Shown piece by piece: positions 61,491-64,000 of a stretch of 64,000 nt of DNA; positions within the stretch are counted from its first letter, which is position 1; the number at the start of each line of letters is the position of its first letter. The notes beneath the pieces are model-generated. The model was not told the DNA's origin and ran no database searches. It was given only the letters and a program-made list of their open reading frames with translations. The position numbers were made by a program, and so were the translations under genes. Where the stretch lies: positions 28,896,028 through 28,960,027 of the forward strand of contig NC_068990.1 in the NCBI RefSeq assembly GCF_001194135.2, given 5' to 3'. The stretch is from Octopus bimaculoides. Lineage: Eukaryota.

Positions 61491-63619
61491 GACGGGCACA
61501 TGCTTACAAAGCACAAACAAACGAGACAGAAACACACGTCCATACACACACATTCGGCACATACGCACAGACATATAGAGGCGCATACACATACTCACAC
61601 GCTTTTACCCACCCAGGCACACACGCACAAGGAAATAGTACACGTACAGATATACATATATAAGCACAAATACACATGCGTGCACACACATACTTCAATA
61701 CACAAGCACACACATAGATACATCAATGCGCAGAAGAATGTGTCCTTATGTTTCAAGTTTCAACAGGAAACGGTGTTTCCTAGGGCTAAATAACAGTAGC
61801 ATTCTTCCCTTTCGTGGGACTGTCACATTAAGTTGACAACATACTATCACTCTATCGTGCTGCTACTGCATAAATCTCTCTGAGAGATTTAGAAATGTAT
61901 TATTTCTATTTTTAAAACATATTTAGTTTAGTATTATATAATTTTCTTTTACTGTTCTTCTACAGCCAGTGATCGGTTGATTCGCATTTATCGGTTTTCT
62001 TGAATACTGAAAACAGCAATTGATTTGTTAGATTGAACTCGGTAGATCCCGGGCTATCTCTTGTACTCATATGGCTTCCTGTCATACCTTCATGTTTGAA
62101 AACAGACCCATCGGGATTGGTTCGTTACCTATACACTTCGTCGCATTTCTAATTTTTTTTTTTCTTCAGCTGGTCCTTTGGAGATCTCGAATTTCTCCAT
62201 TCTTTCTAAAATCATTTCCCAGCAGAGTTAGAACATTTTTTGTTGAAATAATAGACATCGTGTTTCAATGACGAGCATTTATTTGCAATTTTTCATTTGA
62301 AATCCTTTATTTCGAGCTTTCTTTCCTTTTCACATAATTCGTATTCCATTGTATTACATCTCGTATTTTATCTTTTTCTTGTTTTTTAAGGCTATATTTT
62401 GGAGGTATGCTTTTTGATATTCATTTCACTAATGATTGAAAGATAGTTTCTTTTTCTCTCGCTTTTTGTACGTCTTCCATGTCGCATTAGTTATACATAA
62501 ATTGCTGATGTGCTGCCAGGTGCAATTTGGCAGAGGTTTTATGAGATAATAACTAACACATGTTCAAAACAGATCATGAATATCCTTAAAAAACAGATGC
62601 AGGAACCCAAAGAAGAAAAAGCCTTCCTTGGAGAAATCAAATGATTTCATAAAAATATTAATTGGTCAATTAAAATCCTTCGTTCAGTGGCACCCACGAT
62701 CGAGAGAAATAAGCATACTGGGGTCGAAAATATCATCAGCAAAACTGCTGAAAAGCTTACATCAGCAACCAAAGGGTTGTAAAGGAAGATTGGGTGATTT
62801 CGAAAATCAAACACAGCCGAAAAATGTTCGCCTCAATTGCCCACAAGCTGATGAATTCGTTGTTTCAATTCCCAAGCGTTTCAGGTTTTGATTAGGTAAG
62901 ACCATCTTATTTCTCTAGCAAAATTTAGGCATTTTGCGCACTAGCTGTCATGACATCAATCTGACGAAATCCGCCCCAAGGCGTAAAATTTCGCCATTTA
63001 ACGCGCATGCACAAAAAGGACGACGACACGGGTTCGCTACCAGACTCTGCTCATTTTTTCGTCAAATCTGTCCTACCTAATAATATAGATTTTAAATTTT
63101 TGAAAAATGTCCAGATTTGACGAAAAATGTTTTATGGCCATAAACAGACATCTTATTAAAGGTAATTTATTTAGCATTTTTTTTATTTGCAGAAACTCAT
63201 TTCAATTCGTTGTTTTAATTCCCCAGCGTTTCAGATTTTAAATAGAGAAGTGAATTTTATATCTCAAGCATTTTATATTCAGCATTTCATGCATAACCAT
63301 AGATATACTTACTGACAATCAAACTACATTTTTTCAGATTACTACTTATATACAAGATTTAACGTATCAGTAACCCTCCTCTTAAATTGCGAATATTTTG
63401 GAGTTCAGATTTTTGTTAAGTTACGACATGAACCTTAACTCTTACAGAAGGTTCAGGATCCTATATAAGTCTTTTAAGACGGGATATTCTCATGTGGGCC
63501 TCAACTTACTTAAAAAGTCAGGACTTCTTATCCACCATATCACTCAGGCAAAAGGGATTTTAGTCCTCAGATTGGATAACACGTATTATTTTGACAAAGC
63601 ACGAAAGATGTAGTTTTAG

Positions 63620-63900
63620 CAGCCTAACTTGAGTGGATTACGTACATGGAAACTGAAAGAAGACTGTCGTTTATATGTTTATATTTCTGTGTGTATGTTT
63701 ATCTGTATTTGTACCCCCACCATTGCTTGACAACCGATATTACTGTGTTTACGTTCCCATAACTGAGCGGTTCCACAAAAAACACTGATAGAAGAAGTAC
63801 TAGGCTTCCAAAGAATAAATCCTGTCGTTGGTTTGTTCGAACAACGGCGGTGCCTCAGCATGGCCGCAGTCACATGGCTGAAACAAGTAAAACAATAAAA
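63620..63900 (+). mobile_element. SINE family B, 3' two-thirds
   Basis: GGAAACTGAAAGAAGACTGTCG...GCTTGACAACCG...CAGCATGGCCGCAGTCACATGGCTGAAACAAGTAAAA. Confidence 0.9.
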
Positions 63901-64000
63901 ACTATGCCATTTTAATCACGAGCAAGGCCGGGTATCTCTCTGATAGTATATATATATATATATATATATATAACATCTAGCGAGAGATACATTACTTGAT

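Overview
AT-rich, repeat-dominated eukaryotic DNA with nine N-gaps (about 4.5 kb in total), each bordered by microsatellite. The SINE families and dense (TA)n/(CA)n/(TACA)n/(GATA)n tracts look like an octopus draft assembly (inference). I cannot call any intact protein-coding gene. Nearly all supplied ORFs are microsatellite or gap artefacts, and the recognisable coding sequence is decayed transposon: an RTE LINE of about 2.3 kb (endonuclease plus YADD RT), two further RTE 3' fragments, a CR1-like 3' end and two mariner transposase remnants. There are about 20 copies of one tRNA-derived SINE (family A), about 11 of a CORE-like SINE (family B), modular chimeric SINEs and several MITE/foldback elements. 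The most interesting signal is a tRNA-headed short element carrying an internal (AAT)n tract and a minimal type-I hammerhead ribozyme core. It has 3 copies, two forming an inverted pair, and their consensus core is intact. Further hammerhead-like relics occur in unrelated sequences. Other highlights are a 93-bp near-perfect palindrome, a pre-miRNA-like hairpin and two minisatellites built from SINE termini. Family labels A-D are my own working names, and most element boundaries are approximate (about 10-20 bp).
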